Source: Stegostoma tigrinum
Taxonomy: Eukaryota
Direction of reading: 5' to 3'
NCBI RefSeq assembly: GCF_030684315.1
Contig: NC_081366.1
Coordinates: 30,480,078 to 30,544,077 of the forward strand
DNA: 64,000 bases
The notes under the pieces were generated by a model that searched no databases, was not told the DNA's origin, and was given only the letters and a program-made list of their open reading frames with translations. Shown here in pieces: positions 1 to 12,890 of this stretch. Both the position numbers and the translations under genes were made by a program. How positions within the stretch are numbered: position 1 is the first letter of the stretch; each line of letters opens with the position of its first letter.

Positions 1-494
1 ATTATCTCCATTAACATTATGTTTACTACGCCACCATGTTGTGTTATAATAAATGACCTGGTTAATGTTTGTCTGCAGTATTTCAGTGCAGTAATTTTGA
101 TCTGAATAAATTGTCAAGAACCCCAAACCGCTGGATGCAATTTGCACTTGACTGCTGTTTATCTCTAATACAAAGAACAAGGCATGGTTTTCTGACATGA
201 CCAGAACACACCACTGACTATGATTGATTTTCCAAGGTGAGCTTGTCTGGGTAATGTTTTTGGAACATCTTGGCATTAACTGGATAAAGCGCTTGAAGTG
301 ATACACGGAAAAGTTGTTGAAGCTGTTTGACTCGTTACAACATCAAGTAGTTAGAAATCATGTAAAAAAAATGAATATTTTCCAAAAGAATTAACCTGTA
401 CACGTAATGAATTGCATGGCTATTTCAGTCTTTCAAAATCTAATCTCAAAAGAACCCTGAGTGTCTTGTATGAAAATGTTGTACCTCTACAATT

Positions 495-1130
495 TCAACA
501 AGTAATTGGGAAAGCTAATAGAATGTTCTTGTTTATTGTGAGAGAACATAAGTGAGGAGGTTATGCCTCAGTTTTACAGAGCACCAGTGAGACCACATCT
601 GGAGTACTTTGTGCAGTATTAGTCACCTTATTTAAGCAAAGATATAAATGCATCAGAAGCAGTTTGGAGAAGGTTTGCTACACCGATACCTGGAAAGAAT
701 GGGTAATGTTATGAGGAAAAGTTGGACAAGCTAGGCTTGTTCCTGATTGAGTTTAGAAGGGTAATTTTATTTAATTGAAATGTATGAGGTCCTGAGGAGT
801 CTTATCAGGGTACATGTGGAAAGTTTGTTTGCTCTTATGGCAGAACAGAGGTCACTGTTTCAAGATATGAGATTGTCCATTAAAAACAGAGATGAGGAGA
901 ATGCTTTCCCAGAGTATTATAAGTTTTTGGAACTGCCTTCCCCAATCAGTGGGGATAGCAGTGTCATTGAATATTTATAAGGTAGAAGAACATTGATTCT
1001 TGATTAGCAAGGAGGTGAAAGGTTATCAAGGCCTCAGAGAATTTGAAGCAGTCAGATCAGCCATGATCTTGTTGTACAGTAGAGCAGCTCCAAGAGGCCA
1101 AATTGGAAAACTGCTCCTAATTTGTATGTT
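495..1130 (+). mobile_element. Decayed CR1-like LINE 3' fragment
   Basis: gtgagaccacatctggagtac (VRPHLEY), tcaccttatttaag (SPYL), gagtttagaag, and a CR1 3' UTR (gatcagccatgatct). Many frameshifts. Confidence 0.8.
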
Positions 1131-2199
1131 TTTTCACCTACTCTCTATTCTGATAAAGGTTTCATGGAGGAAAGGTAGAGTTTACAAGATGAGATATCAG
1201 AAAGAGTGGAGTCGGTTCTATCCAAGGCTGTGTATTAATGCAGCTTTATTGTTATGACTGTATTAGGATGTGAATAATTATAGCATGTACTTTTACTTTC
1301 CAGCAGACATTTGATTTAATACTTCACAGCTTTTATGATTAAACATGCTGTAAAGTCCTTGGAGAGTGATAAATTAAGTGTGTTGAAGTTTGTGACAGGA
1401 AGACTGGGCACCCAATTCAATTATGTGTCTCATCAGACACTGTTTGAAAATTACTCCAAGCAATTGTGGCAGAATGAGAATTATGAGCCATGTGTTGAGT
1501 ACAATCGATGTAACACATTTGAGTTTTAGTGAGTTATAATGACTTGCTGTTGTGCCATGAATGGGTTTAATTGAATGGCTGTGCTTGATGGACTGAACGA
1601 CCTTTTTCTCTTTTTGTTTTATTGTAATTTTTTTCTGGTTGATTTGTCAAGTGTGTTAGTACGTTGGATGGTGGATCATACTTTTCGCCATTCGCTCCCA
1701 CGTCGTTAGCCATTGGCGAAAGGTAAATATTATGCAAAAGGAAATGGAGTATGTAAATCTCGATGTAACCGAGCGTCACCTTTCCATCAGCACACCTTGT
1801 GCAGTGCCTCTCAGGAGAGGCAGCTGGAGGTGGCACCATGGTGTCGTAGACCTAGTTACAGAGGAGTCTGAGGAGGCGTGGTCCCTTCCTGAACATGACC
1901 CTCAGACCCACCAGAGTCTTATAGTGCCTTGGTGCCTACAAACCCCATCTGTGATTAAATAACTTCATGTCCTTTTCGGTGTTTGGAGGAGAAGTATATG
2001 ATAAGAGTAAGCTTTTGACAGTAAATCCAGAATGAAGTCATCCCAATTATCAGGCACCTTTGGCAACTCCTGTAACAGAGCGGGAATAAAACAGTCGTGC
2101 TTTTATCCTTCCCTTTTAAACAATACCAGCAATGCCAAAATAAAGATCTTGAAGCTTGGTCAACTTGGGATCTTCACTCTGCTTGACCACGTCTGTGCC

Positions 2200-2645
2200 C
2201 GTAAGACCTCAAGATGTCGGGGCAGAACGAGGCCGTTCAGCTTGGCAAATCTGCTCTATCGTTCGATCGTGGCCGATGTTTCTCAATCCCATTCTCTTGC
2301 CTTCTTCTGGTAACCCTTGATCCGCTTACTAATCAAAAACCTATCTATCTCAGTCTCAAAGACACCTAATGACTTGGCCTCCCCAGCTCTCTGCAGCAGT
2401 TCCACAGATTCAGCACCCTCTGGCTGAAGAAATTCCTCCTCATGTTAGCTGAAAAGTGTCGTCCCTTCACTCTGAAGCTATGCCTTTTGGGCCCTTGTCT
2501 CTCCTACTAGTGAAAATATCTTTTTCAAACCAGCTCTATCTAGGCTTCTCAATATTCTTTTAGGTTTCAGTGAGATTCCCCCTCATCCTTCTAAGCCCCA
2601 TCAAGTACCAACCCCACACCATCACCCACTCCTTATATGACAAGC
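2200..2645 (-). mobile_element. CR1-like LINE 3' fragment
   Basis: Reverse complement of the same CR1 3' end (ggctgaagaaattcctcctcat, taacccttgatcc). The minus ORF ends in RRMRGNLTET. Confidence 0.75.
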
Positions 2646-2699
2646 CCCTCACCCACAAACAATCCTGATAGGACACATAAACTTCAAGGCTTAACACTG

Positions 2700-3885
2700 G
2701 CACACCACAGAAGGAGGAGTTTCTGGTTATAAGCTGTGACCTGATTGGTGTAGTCTGAAGGTCAGGGGTTACTTCCACCGCTGGGAGAAATGATCATCTC
2801 TCATCAGGTTGTTACCACCTGCCTCAAGCTGGGAAGTCCTCAGTCAGTAAGGTGTGATCTTGTCATCGTGTGCTTGCTTCACTGGGTGCTTGCACCTTAG
2901 AAAGTCACTTCTTAACAGGCTAATCAGTCATGGATGAATCAGGTAAGACAAGCTCAACAAAGGAGACTCTAAATTTTCGTATCACAAACTGGAATGTAAA
3001 GACCACACATCCTAGACTTGGCAACAACCTTCTGCAGGATCATAACACACGTAACAGATGTGATCAAGAAAAAACTTCTAAGGTCCATTGCGGACTTGGT
3101 ACTGTGTTGCAGGGAACTTGCCTCCTCAATGTGGCTTTATCAAAGAGAAAGCCTACATGTTCTTATGGCAGGTGATAATCCAACAGGACAATGGAGTGTG
3201 CTTCACAGGAAATGAAAACACTGCTCATGATGACGGGACCCCTTTGCTGAAGTCTCCGAGAGACTTTTGACTCTTGCCAATAAGCATAATCTCAGTTCAC
3301 CTCCAGTATCGTAACACTCTCCTCTGCTTCTGAGATCCGAGATCAGTTCCATAAAGACATTTGATACTGCCCTCAGCAGAATTCTGAGCACTGAGGGACT
3401 GTACCTTCTAGGGGATTATGATGAAAGTATGGATGCCCATTATAAGGCTTAGTCAATGTCCATAGGAAACAAAAGAATCAGCAACATGAATGGAAATTGA
3501 CTGAGGTTAGTAAAGCTATGCTGTTACCACGGCCTCTATGACAAGCAGCATGTTCCAAGCCAAGCTGTGCCACAAGGTTTCCTGGAAACATCAAGACCAC
3601 ACCACTGGATTTGGATCTATCATGCTCAACAGTGTCATCGTCACTCCTGGCAATCTCAGCGCTGGTTACGACATTGATCACTCGCTGAAGTGCAGCAAAC
3701 TCAGGCTTCACTCATCAAAGCTATTCCATTGCTTGGATCATTGTGCCATCATTATTGGCCCAGGAATTCATCAGAATCTTTGATCAGGCTCTTATTGGCA
3801 TCGGTCCCCAAGGCCAGAGCGCTGTGTCGAAGCAGGAACATGCCCTCAATGCACTCACTATTTCAGGAAAAGAGGTCAGACAAAT
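2700..3885 (+). mobile_element. Decayed RTE-clade LINE, 5' part (AP endonuclease)
   Basis: Fragments ITNWNVKT, CHKVSWKH and YDIDHSLKCSKLRL resemble the RTE endonuclease motifs (ATWNVRT, HKVSWRH, DTDHSLV). Confidence 0.7.
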
Positions 3886-3889
3886 GCTC

Positions 3890-6800
3890 AGATAAAAGAA
3901 GCAAGATACAACAAGTGCTGGAAGCCTGAAATAAAAACAGAAACTGCTATAGAGAACCTCAGCAAGTTTGGCACTGTCTATGAACTGAGAAAAACACAGC
4001 TAGCTTTTTGAAATAGCAAGGTGTAGAGCTGGATGAACACATCAGGCCAAGCAGCATCAGTAGAGCAGGAAAGCTGACGTTTCAAGCCTAGATCCTTCTT
4101 CAGAAATGGGGGAAGAGGAAGGCAGATCTGAAATAAATAGGGGGAGATGGGGAGATAGAAGATGGATAAAGGAGAAGATAGGTGGAGGGGAGACAGATAG
4201 GTCAAAGACGTGGGGGTGGAACTAGTAAAGGTGAATGTAGGTGGGGAGCTAGGGAGGGGATAGGTCAGCCCAGGGAGGACGGACAGATCAAGAGGGCGGG
4301 ATGAGGCTTGTAGGTAGGAGATGAGGGTGGGGCTTGAGGTGGGAGGAGGGGATAGGTGGGAGGAAGGACACGTTGGGGGGCCGGGGACAGTCTGAGCTGG
4401 TTTTGGGATGTAGTTGGGGAGGGGAGATTTTGAAGCTTCTGAAGCCCACATTGATACCATTGGGCTGCAGGGTTCCTGAGCAGAATATGAGTTGCTGTTC
4501 CTGCAACCTTCTGGTGGCATCATTGTGGCACTGCAGGAGGCCCATGATGGACATGTTGTCTGAGGAATGGGAGGGGGAGTTAAAATGTTTTGCGACTGGG
4601 AGGTGCAGTCCGAGCATAGGTGTTCTACAAAGCGCTCCCCAAGCCTCTGCTTGGTTTCACCAACGTAGCGGAGCCCACATTTGGAACATCAGATACAGTA
4701 ATACCACATTAGCAGATGTGCAGGTGAACATCTGCTTGATGTGGAAGGTTTTCTTGGGGCCTGGGGATGGGGTGAGTGGAGGGGAGGTGGTGTAGGGACA
4801 GGTGTGGCACTTCCTGCAGTTACAGGGAAAAGTGTCAGGTGTGGTGGGACTGGTGCAGAGTGTGGAGCGGACAAGGGAGTCACGGAGAGCGTGGTCCCTC
4901 CGGAAAGCAGATAAAGGTGGGGAGGGAAAATGTCTTTGGTGGTGGGGTCGAATTGCAGATGGCGGAAGTGTCGGAGGATGATGCATTGGGTGGTGCAGGG
5001 TTGGGGAACGATGAGGTTGGTGGGGTGGTATGAGAGGATGAGGGGGATTCTGTTTGATTGTTATTGCAGGGAGGGGGTGTGAGGGATGAGTGGTGGGAAA
5101 TGCGGGAGACATGCTTGAGGGCATTCTCAACCACCGAGGGGGTTAGTTGCAGTCCTTGAAAAACGAGGACATCAGAGATTTACGGGAGTGGAATGCCTCA
5201 TTCTTGGAGCAGTTGTGGTAGAGGTAAAGGAGTTGGGAATAGAGGATGGCATTTTTGCAGGAAGGTGGGTGAGAGGAGGTGTATTCTAGGTAGCTGTGGG
5301 AGTCGGTGGGTTTGAAACGGATATCATTTTCCACATGGTTGCCAGAGATGAAAACAGAGAGGTCCAGGACGGAGAGAGAGGTAACAGAGATGGTCCAAGT
5401 GAACTTAAGGTTGGGGTGGAAGGTGTCATTTAAGAGACTGCTGGACATGCATATGGTCACAGAAATTTGAGGGTGCATACATGAGGATCAATGGTCGGCA
5501 CAACATTGTGGGCTGAATGGCCTGTTCTGTGCTGTACTGTTCTATGTTCTATGTGTCGGTGAAGTGGATGAACTGTTTGAGCTCCTTGTGGGTTTAAGGG
5601 CCATTGTAGGTAAGGGAGTGGGATTGTTCCACGTAACCTACAAAGAGGCAGGCATAGGGGCCCATGTGTGTACCCATGGCCACCCCCTTTGTCTGTAGGA
5701 AGTGGGAGGAATTGGAAGATAAGTTGTTAAGGGTGAGGACGAGTTCAGCTAAGTGGATGAAAGTGTCATTGGATGAGGACTAGTCGGGCCTGCAGGACAT
5801 GAAGAAGCGGACGGCCTTTCGGCCATCTATATGGGGAATGCAGGTGTGTAGGGACTTTACATCCATGGTAAAGATGAAGTGTTAGGGATCGGGGAATTGG
5901 AAGTTCTGGAGGAGGTGGAGGGCGTAGGTGAAGTCCCGGACGTAGGTGGGGATTTGCTGGACCAAGGGGGAGAAAATGGAGTCGAGATAAGTAGCGATAA
6001 GTTTGGTGGGCCAGGAGCAAGCGGAGACAATGAGTCGACCAGGGCAGTCAGGTTTGTGGATTTTGGGAAGGAGATAGAAGCGGGCGGTGCAGGGTTGGGG
6101 AACGATGAGGTTGGAGGCAGTGGGTGGGACGTCACCTGAAGTGATGAGGTTGTGGATAGTTTGGGAGATGATGATGTTTTGTTGGTTTTGGGTGGGGTCA
6201 CGATCAAGGGGGCGGTAGGAGGAGGTGTCAGATTTTTGAGTCTGGTCCGACTTGTTCGGAAGAACAAATAAAGGACAAGTGGTGGGATAGAAAGAAGGGA
6301 TAGAGTCAGAGCGAAGGGGTGTGTGGGGCGGACGCAAGAATCCAAAGGGACATCAGTACCTGAGTTTTGTGTTCCTTAATAGCTGAAAGGAAAGGGAAAG
6401 GTTTTCTTGTTCAGGCATCAAATGAGACAAAGAATGAAATGGAACTGGAGACCAGGACAGCTAAAAATTGGTGATGGTGCTGATGGAGGGAGAGGCGGAG
6501 AATGGTGCGTGGCACCAAGTGTGAATCTCGGAGTGGCATGGGAACAGCTGACCAAGCTGCATTGTATGTCATACAGTAACTGTAATCCTGAGTACATCAG
6601 GAACTTGAAAATTGGAACCTGGGTTGAAAGCTGCGCTAGGCAAGGTGGAACCAGAGACAGTCACTGAGGAGGGAGATGTGGCCGTGAAAGCAAGTTTTGG
6701 TGAACACTTCATGAAACACCAGGAGGGAGATAGAAAACAATGAATGTGAACAAACCTAAACATTAAAATCAAAGTCCTCTGGAGAGAAAAGCAGAGTGTC

Positions 6801-6965
6801 TTCAAACATAGCTGAAGAAGAAATGGCAGTGAATTAAATACTTAAATAAAAGCAAAGTTCTGCAAATCCTGGAGATGTGAAATAACTAAGTGCTGGAGAA
6901 ACACAGCAGGTTCAGAGCGAGAAACAGAGGTAATGTTTCAAGTCTGTTGTGACTGTTTTTCAGTA
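3890..6965 (-). mobile_element. Disrupted Penelope-like retroelement (RT and GIY-YIG endonuclease)
   Basis: Minus-strand peptides FYLLPKIHKPDCPGRLIVSACS, GVAMGTHMGP (~5660-5690), KPTDSHSYLEYTSSHPPSCKNAI and CTSANVV...YVGETKQRL. Terminal repeat at ~4015-4105. Confidence 0.88.
5428..5552 (+). mobile_element. Young, severely 5'-truncated CR1 3' end inserted in the Penelope-like element
   Basis: Ends in (TTCTATG)n and is flanked by GTGTC at 5423-5427 and 5553-5557. Near-identical to ~49075-49200. Confidence 0.85.
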
Positions 6966-8225
6966 AAATGCTGATTGGTTTGAGCCGAGTGGGATTGGAA
7001 TCAACCAGTTACTGCAACCAAGAAGAGAGCCCTCATGAACTACAAGCAAGACCCCAGCAAACAAAATCTAGATGCCCTCAGAGCTTTCAGAAGACTGTAC
7101 AGCTACTAGTTGAATTCTGCAACAGTAGATAATGTGATGTTGAATCCAGGGTTGCTGGAGGGGTTATGGAAAAATAAGAAAATAACATGTCCAGCAGTGA
7201 TCACTTGAAGAGAACAACAGAGGTACACCCACTCAACCTAGCAGGCAGCTGGGTGGAGTACTACCTTGAACCCTGTACTATGGAGAACTCAGTCATTAAA
7301 GAAGCTGTCAGTTCCATTCCAGTCTTCCCTGTCATGGAGGAACAGGACAAGGACCTCACTATCGTTGATCTCAACCAAACCATTGACCACCTTGCCAATG
7401 GTAAAACTCCAGGAAATGATGGTGTTCCACCTAAAACTATCAAACATAAAAAACTGGCACAGTTGCCATATCTTAATGATGTGTTATGTCTCTTTTGGAT
7501 GGAAAGATATGCATGATGCAAAAATGTACACCATGTACAAGGGGTGTCACAATGAGAGGAAGGAGATTTCTCAGTAACTGTTGCAAAGAATTGTCAGGGA
7601 GATCTTTGCTTCTCTTACTTTTGCCAGATCTAGTGACATATCTAGCCTGAGTTGCATTGTGGTTTCAGAGCAGGCAAATCAACAGTCAGCATGGTTTCCT
7701 CACTTTGGCTGTTATTGAGAAGAGCATTGCGCGCCACACACCACTCTGCATTGCTTCCAATGACCTCCTCAAGGCCTTTGATCTCATCAACAGAGCAAGA
7801 TTCTTAAAACCGCTGCAGAAGTAGGCTGCGATCCTGGGTGTCATTATTGTTTTGCCATGACAGCACATCACAATTCTGTCTGTCACAATGGAGCAACAGC
7901 AGATATTTTGAAGAGCAGCAGTGGGATAAAGCAGGGCTGCATCCTGGCACCGATATTCTGTCCTACCTGCTGTTTTTGTGCGCTTGCAGTGGCTCAAAAA
8001 AGAATGTCCACCTGTAAGGCAAGCTGTTCCATTTGGTAACATGATACGTTAAAGTGCATAATTGTACTAGTGCATGAGTTACTGTTTGCTGATGCTGCTG
8101 CTCTAGTATACTACTGTATACTGAAGTTCATTTGCAACAACTTTTAGACCAATTCTCTCGGGCCCTGTGACATGTTGAAACTGTCAATGAGCATCAAGAA
8201 TACCAGTGTTATGGGCCAGGTTATA
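6965..8225 (+). mobile_element. Decayed RTE-clade LINE, RT part (continuation of 2700-3885)
   Basis: GKTPGNDGVP, tgtggtttcagagcagg (CGFRAG), aaggcctttgat (KAFD), SSGIKQGCILAP and ttactgtttgctgatg (LLFAD). Confidence 0.78.
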
Positions 8226-8300
8226 GAGGCTGAGCTCAGTGGCCCTGGTGGAATCCAAACATTGGTAAGCAGGCTATTGCTGTGTAAATGTTGCTTGGTA

Positions 8301-8470
8301 ACCATAAGACCATTAGACCATAAGACATAGGAGTGGAAGTAAGGCTATTCAGCCCATCAAGCCCACTCAGCCATTTAAATCATGGCTGATGGGCATTTCA
8401 ACTCCACTTCCCTGCACTCTCCCCGTAGCCCTTGATTCCTTGTGAGATCAAGAATTTGTCGATCTCTGTC
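8301..8470 (-). mobile_element. CR1 3' end with heptamer tail (AGACCAT repeats on the + strand)
   Basis: Minus ORF reads EIDKFLISQGIKGYGESAGKWS, the typical CR1 ORF2 C-terminus. Tail accataagaccattagaccataagac. Confidence 0.82.
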
Positions 8471-9720
8471 ACTGACCCCTTCCATGACTTTGCTGATGAT
8501 TGGCAGCAAACTGAGGATGAAGTAATTGGGCAGGTTAGATTTATCTGCTTGTTGTAGATGCACCTGAGCAGTTGTTCACATTGCCAGTTGATGCTAATGT
8601 TGTAGCTGCAGTAGAGTGGTTTCATTGGGGCTAGTACTGGAACACACATCTTGAGTACAATGGCCAGAATTTTGTCACTGCACTTATCCTTAGCTGTATT
8701 TAGTGCCATCAGTCATTTGTTGAGATTAAATTGAGTGAATCAAGTTGACCTGAGACTGGCATCTGATACAGAGGGCCTCTGGACGAGGCTGAGTTGGATC
8801 GTCCACTCTGTATTCCTGGCTGAAGATGATTGCAATTGCCTCTCAGCCTTGATTTTTGCACTGATGTCCTCAGCAACCCCATTATTGATTTTGTGGATGT
8901 GGAAACTCGTCCTCCTGTTTGTTGCTTAATTGATCATCACCACTCATGCCTGGGTGTAACACGACTGGTTGTGAGATTGATTGACTGATTCCCTCTAGCT
9001 AACACCTACTTGTGTTTTTTTTTGTCCCGCAAGTGATCCTGTGTTCTACCTTCACTGGGTTGACACCTCATTTTTATATCTGCCCCACTGATGCTGCTCC
9101 TGGCATGCTGTCCCACATTCTTTAGTGAGCCAGGGTTGACGGCTGTAGTGCGATAGAGGGGTATGCCAGGCCAGGTTATACGTTGTGATTGAATTGAATT
9201 CTGCTGCTGCCAGTGGCCCACAGCGTCTTGCAGGAGCCCAGCTTCAAATTGGCGGATCTATTCAAAATCTGTCCTATTAAACATGGTAGCGGATGCCACA
9301 CAGTATCCTGGAGACCATCCTCAATTATGAAGACAGGATTTTGACTCTACAAAAACAGTGCAGTGGTGACTTCAGTTGATTCTGTCATGGACTGTCACAG
9401 CTTCGACAACTAGATTGGTGAGGACAAGGTATAGTAGGATTTTCCTTCTTGTTGGTTCCCACACCACCTGCTGAAGACCTAGTCTGGCAGCTGGGTCCTT
9501 TAGGACTCGGTCAGCTCAGCCAGTACTGGTGCCACTGAGCTATTCTTGATGATGGACATTGAAAATGTCTGCCTAGAGTGTTACCCTCAGTACTACTTCC
9601 AAATGGTCTTCAGTATGAAGGGGTGCTGATTTAACAGTTGAGTTGGGTGTGGAGCGACATCCATTGTAATCAACAGGAGATTCTTTTGCCTTTATTTGAT
9701 TTGATCCTATGAGATTTGGA
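8470..9720 (-). mobile_element. Old CR1/L2-group LINE fragment (endonuclease-RT linker)
   Basis: Minus peptides VLKMCVPVLAP and SNLPNY..LSLLPIISKVMEG. A related + strand copy lies at ~56040-57600. Confidence 0.6.
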
Positions 9721-10424
9721 GACTCACAGCTGCTGCTTCCCTCTTGTATATCTCTGTGTCACCAAATTGGGTGGAGTTATTTGGTTAATGTTTCATATTG
9801 GTCTTTTTTGAAAAGAAGAATGTGCACCTTTAATTGGCAGAATGTGAAATGGCAGAAAGAATGAACATTTCAGGAGGGGCATTTGAGCCAAAGGGAGTCA
9901 AAACTCCAGGTTTTAATTGTACACATCCTCAAATGAGGGACGAAATTGCAAATCTCTAGAAACTACAGGAGAAGTTTGAACGTGTTTGTTGTCAAGGGAA
10001 ACTGATACAATTAAATTGACTGCTTCTTTTTACACTGTGCCTCCACTGAATAAAGCCCGAGTGATTTATAAACGGTCAAACTGAGCCTACACACTTCATT
10101 TATTTATTGTGAGGCTGTTTCAAAATATGGTTTTGAAATATGGTCTCGCAAAATTTGGCTGTTCCTCCCCTTGAGGGGTATTCTGCCATTTCATTAGATC
10201 TTGACTGATTTGTTTCTATATCTTCTATGCCGATCTTTACTCCATATTCTTAAATAACTTTGTATTACAGCAATTTATCAGTCTCAGTCTTGAAAACTTA
10301 TATTGAGCAGCACCTCCAGCCTCTTGATGGAAAGTCTTCCAGATTTCCATTACAATTTGAATGGCAAAAGTGTCTCTCAATGTTTCTTTGAAGACCTTTA
10401 TTCTGCATGCCCCACGACAATAAA

Positions 10425-10745
10425 TGTTATTTCTTTTCATGAGTTGTGGGTTTTACAGGTAAGGTCAATATTTGCTTCCCCCTAATTGCCCCTTGAACTG
10501 TGTGGCTTATTCGGCCATTTCAGGGGACAGGAAGGAGTCAACCACATTGCTGTATGTCTGAAGTTATGCATAGGCCAAACTAGGTAGGAGCTGGCAGGCA
10601 CTAATGAACCAGATGGGTGGCCAAGTGTGTTGAGCCTAGCTTCAATTCCAGATTTTGTGAGTTGAATTTGAATTCCAACATTGGCATGGTGGGATTTGAA
10701 CCCACGTCCTCAGAACATAAGCCTAGGCCTTTGGATTGCTGATCC
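10425..10745 (-). mobile_element. tRNA-derived SINE (family A)
   Basis: Reverse complement of the SINE at 33165 (gggatttgaaccc B-box, taatgaaccagatggg, cctaattgccc). Confidence 0.7.
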
Positions 10746-11393
10746 AGACATAATATCCGCATCTCCTCTTTGTATCCATCATAACTACTCTATTAAATTC
10801 ATTTATAATTTTAATTGCATTGATTTAGGTTACCCACATATGTCTAAACCCAGGTCCAGTGATCCATGTTATGCATTCTGAAATTTAACCCCTTAAGCTG
10901 TGATGACACTCAGTTGAATCTGGACTGAACCCTCTCCAGGGTCAGTATATCTATATGAACTGCAATGCTGAGAGCTCAAGCCAAGAGCCCAAGTGCAAGA
11001 TTTAATTGTAAGAGAGCTTGATCAGGGACCAAGAGAAACTTGCTTGCACAAATTTGTGCCGTTGTGAAAGAAACTTGCAGGTCAGTGGTTGTAGGAGAAA
11101 TGGGCAGTACTGAAATTAGGTTGGATAGGGTAAAGTGGGTGAAGGGACATTAAAACATGATGGGTCAATATGAGTTACTAAGGTGAAGGATACATGGCAG
11201 CACAGACAGACTGGAATGAAAAGATTTTTCCTCCCTATTGGCTGCAGCAGCTGGATGAACTGCATCTGAGTGTGGGAAGAGGTAAGCTGCATTAGCGAGG
11301 CATGTATTAGGCTGCTTAAAGTACACTTAAAAATAAGAATCTGCTAAAGCCCATATAATTATAACAAGACAATAATAACATTTATTTTTCCAG

Positions 11394-11605
11394 GAATGCT
11401 TGAAGTTGATGAGCTGATGATGGAAAGGATCATTGAGGAGCTAGAAAGTCAGTGCCAAGAGAACATGAACCTGGCAATTGAGACGGAAGAGGGTCTTGGG
11501 ATTGAATATGATGAGGATGTGGTATGTGATGTCTGCCGTTCCCCAGAGGGAGAGGATGGTAATGAGATGGTTTTCTGTGACAAATGCAACATTTGCGTTC
11601 ACCAG
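11394..11605 (+). CDS. JADE2: JADE2 internal exon: end of EPC-like domain and start of PHD1 ([13 protein letters not shown]...[10 protein letters not shown])
   Basis: Acceptor tttatttttccAG at 11392-11393 and donor CAG|GTAAGA. The peptide [33 protein letters not shown] is JADE family, and CRSPEGEDG matches JADE2 as I recall it. 212 nt, phase 1 to phase 0. Confidence 0.95.
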
Positions 11606-12609
11606 GTAAGAGCTGTTGTTTGATCATGTCCTCAATGTTCCAACAACGTTTATGAATGCGACTTCCTATTTAGTTTCGTGGTCTAGGTGCACCAACACAC
11701 CAGGATGACAGATGTGAAAAACTGGGAGTGCTATTCTGAAACTGGAGCATGAATCAATGGAGCTTTACTGTAAAACGTAACGTGCATATAACATGAGACT
11801 GCATGATGATGATACACAGGCAGAATGGTAGTACAGAAAGCCACTAAGTCTATCAAACCCATTTTTTCAATATACATCATCCTTACTGTTCAATGGACCC
11901 CACTATCTATTTGTTCTCCTGGTAAACATTCATAAGTAAAGGTTTTATACTGTTTCTCCTGCGTTATACAACACGTCTTAAGTATCAAGCTCACCTTAAG
12001 TAGTGCATTCTGTAACTTTGGTGTCATGCTGTATGGCCTGTATACAGAACAGTACCTTCAGTTTAGAGCCAGGGGCTGCTTTGGTAAATGAACCTTGAGT
12101 CTCTGGGTGTAGTTCTACCTGCCTGATTTGAGGGAAAAGATGGGAAAGCCCAGAAATTGAACACAAAAGCCTTACCATTTAACACTTGGTCATGGAGGAA
12201 AGCATCATGTCTTTTACATGATCAAAATTAAATTTATACGTTCAATATTACATTTAACCCTTAGTCCCTGGTCATTCATGTGAATCTGTACGGTATCCTC
12301 CCCGCAGAAAATATATCCACATGAGCACCATGATCTTCATCATGTACTTACATTTTTGTATAGATTACTATTTATTTACTGTATTTACAAACCACAAATT
12401 TCCTCAAAGCTCCTGAACAACAGGTACTTCCCCCAAACTACCACTCACCATGAAACCAACCAGTGACATAGTTTCTTTTCTACTTGCATTGCAGACTTGA
12501 CCCTAATCTCTGCTGAATTCAGTCTGCTGTCTAGTTTCATTGAAGCCAGGATTAAGTTCTAGATTATTTGAAGATATGCTAGAACAAAAGAATTTTAAAA
12601 CTTTGTTCG

Positions 12610-12890
12610 TCTTAACTATGCTAAACAGTCATTCACAGGATCCTAACCCACAAGATTCAAGATGACACACGGTGTGACTCTTTGTGAGCTCCCTGCAGCA
12701 GATCTAACTCCAGCACTGCTTTACAGCTGTTCTATCTTGCTAATCTTGATCTTCCCTAGCACATGCCTTGTGCAATTGAACCTGTATGCCTCTGTCTGAG
12801 TTTTTGTTTTCACAGTATGATCTGCCTGTACTGCTTGTAAATAAAGCTTTACACTGTACTTGGGTACACATGACAATAAATCACATCAAT
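12610..12890 (+). mobile_element. Rex1/Babar-like LINE 3' UTR fragment
   Basis: tgcctgtactgcttgtaaataaagctttacactgtac...acacatgacaataaatca matches the 3' end at ~30480-30545. Confidence 0.65.

Noticed and set aside
1640-1960. Locally CpG-rich stretch as a CpG island or exon
   Set aside because: It is too short and has no JADE similarity in the translated frames. I could not assign it.
4070-4106. Active hammerhead at the large Penelope-like element's terminus
   Set aside because: The core CUGAAGA...GAAACGUC is present on the minus strand, but stems I and II pair poorly. I count it as a remnant, like those at ~6925-6965, ~28028-28062, ~38215-38258 and ~63513-63550.
3978-6345. Long Pro/Ser/His-rich ORFs as novel proteins
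   Set aside because: They are alternative frames of the strand-biased, G-rich Penelope-like element.
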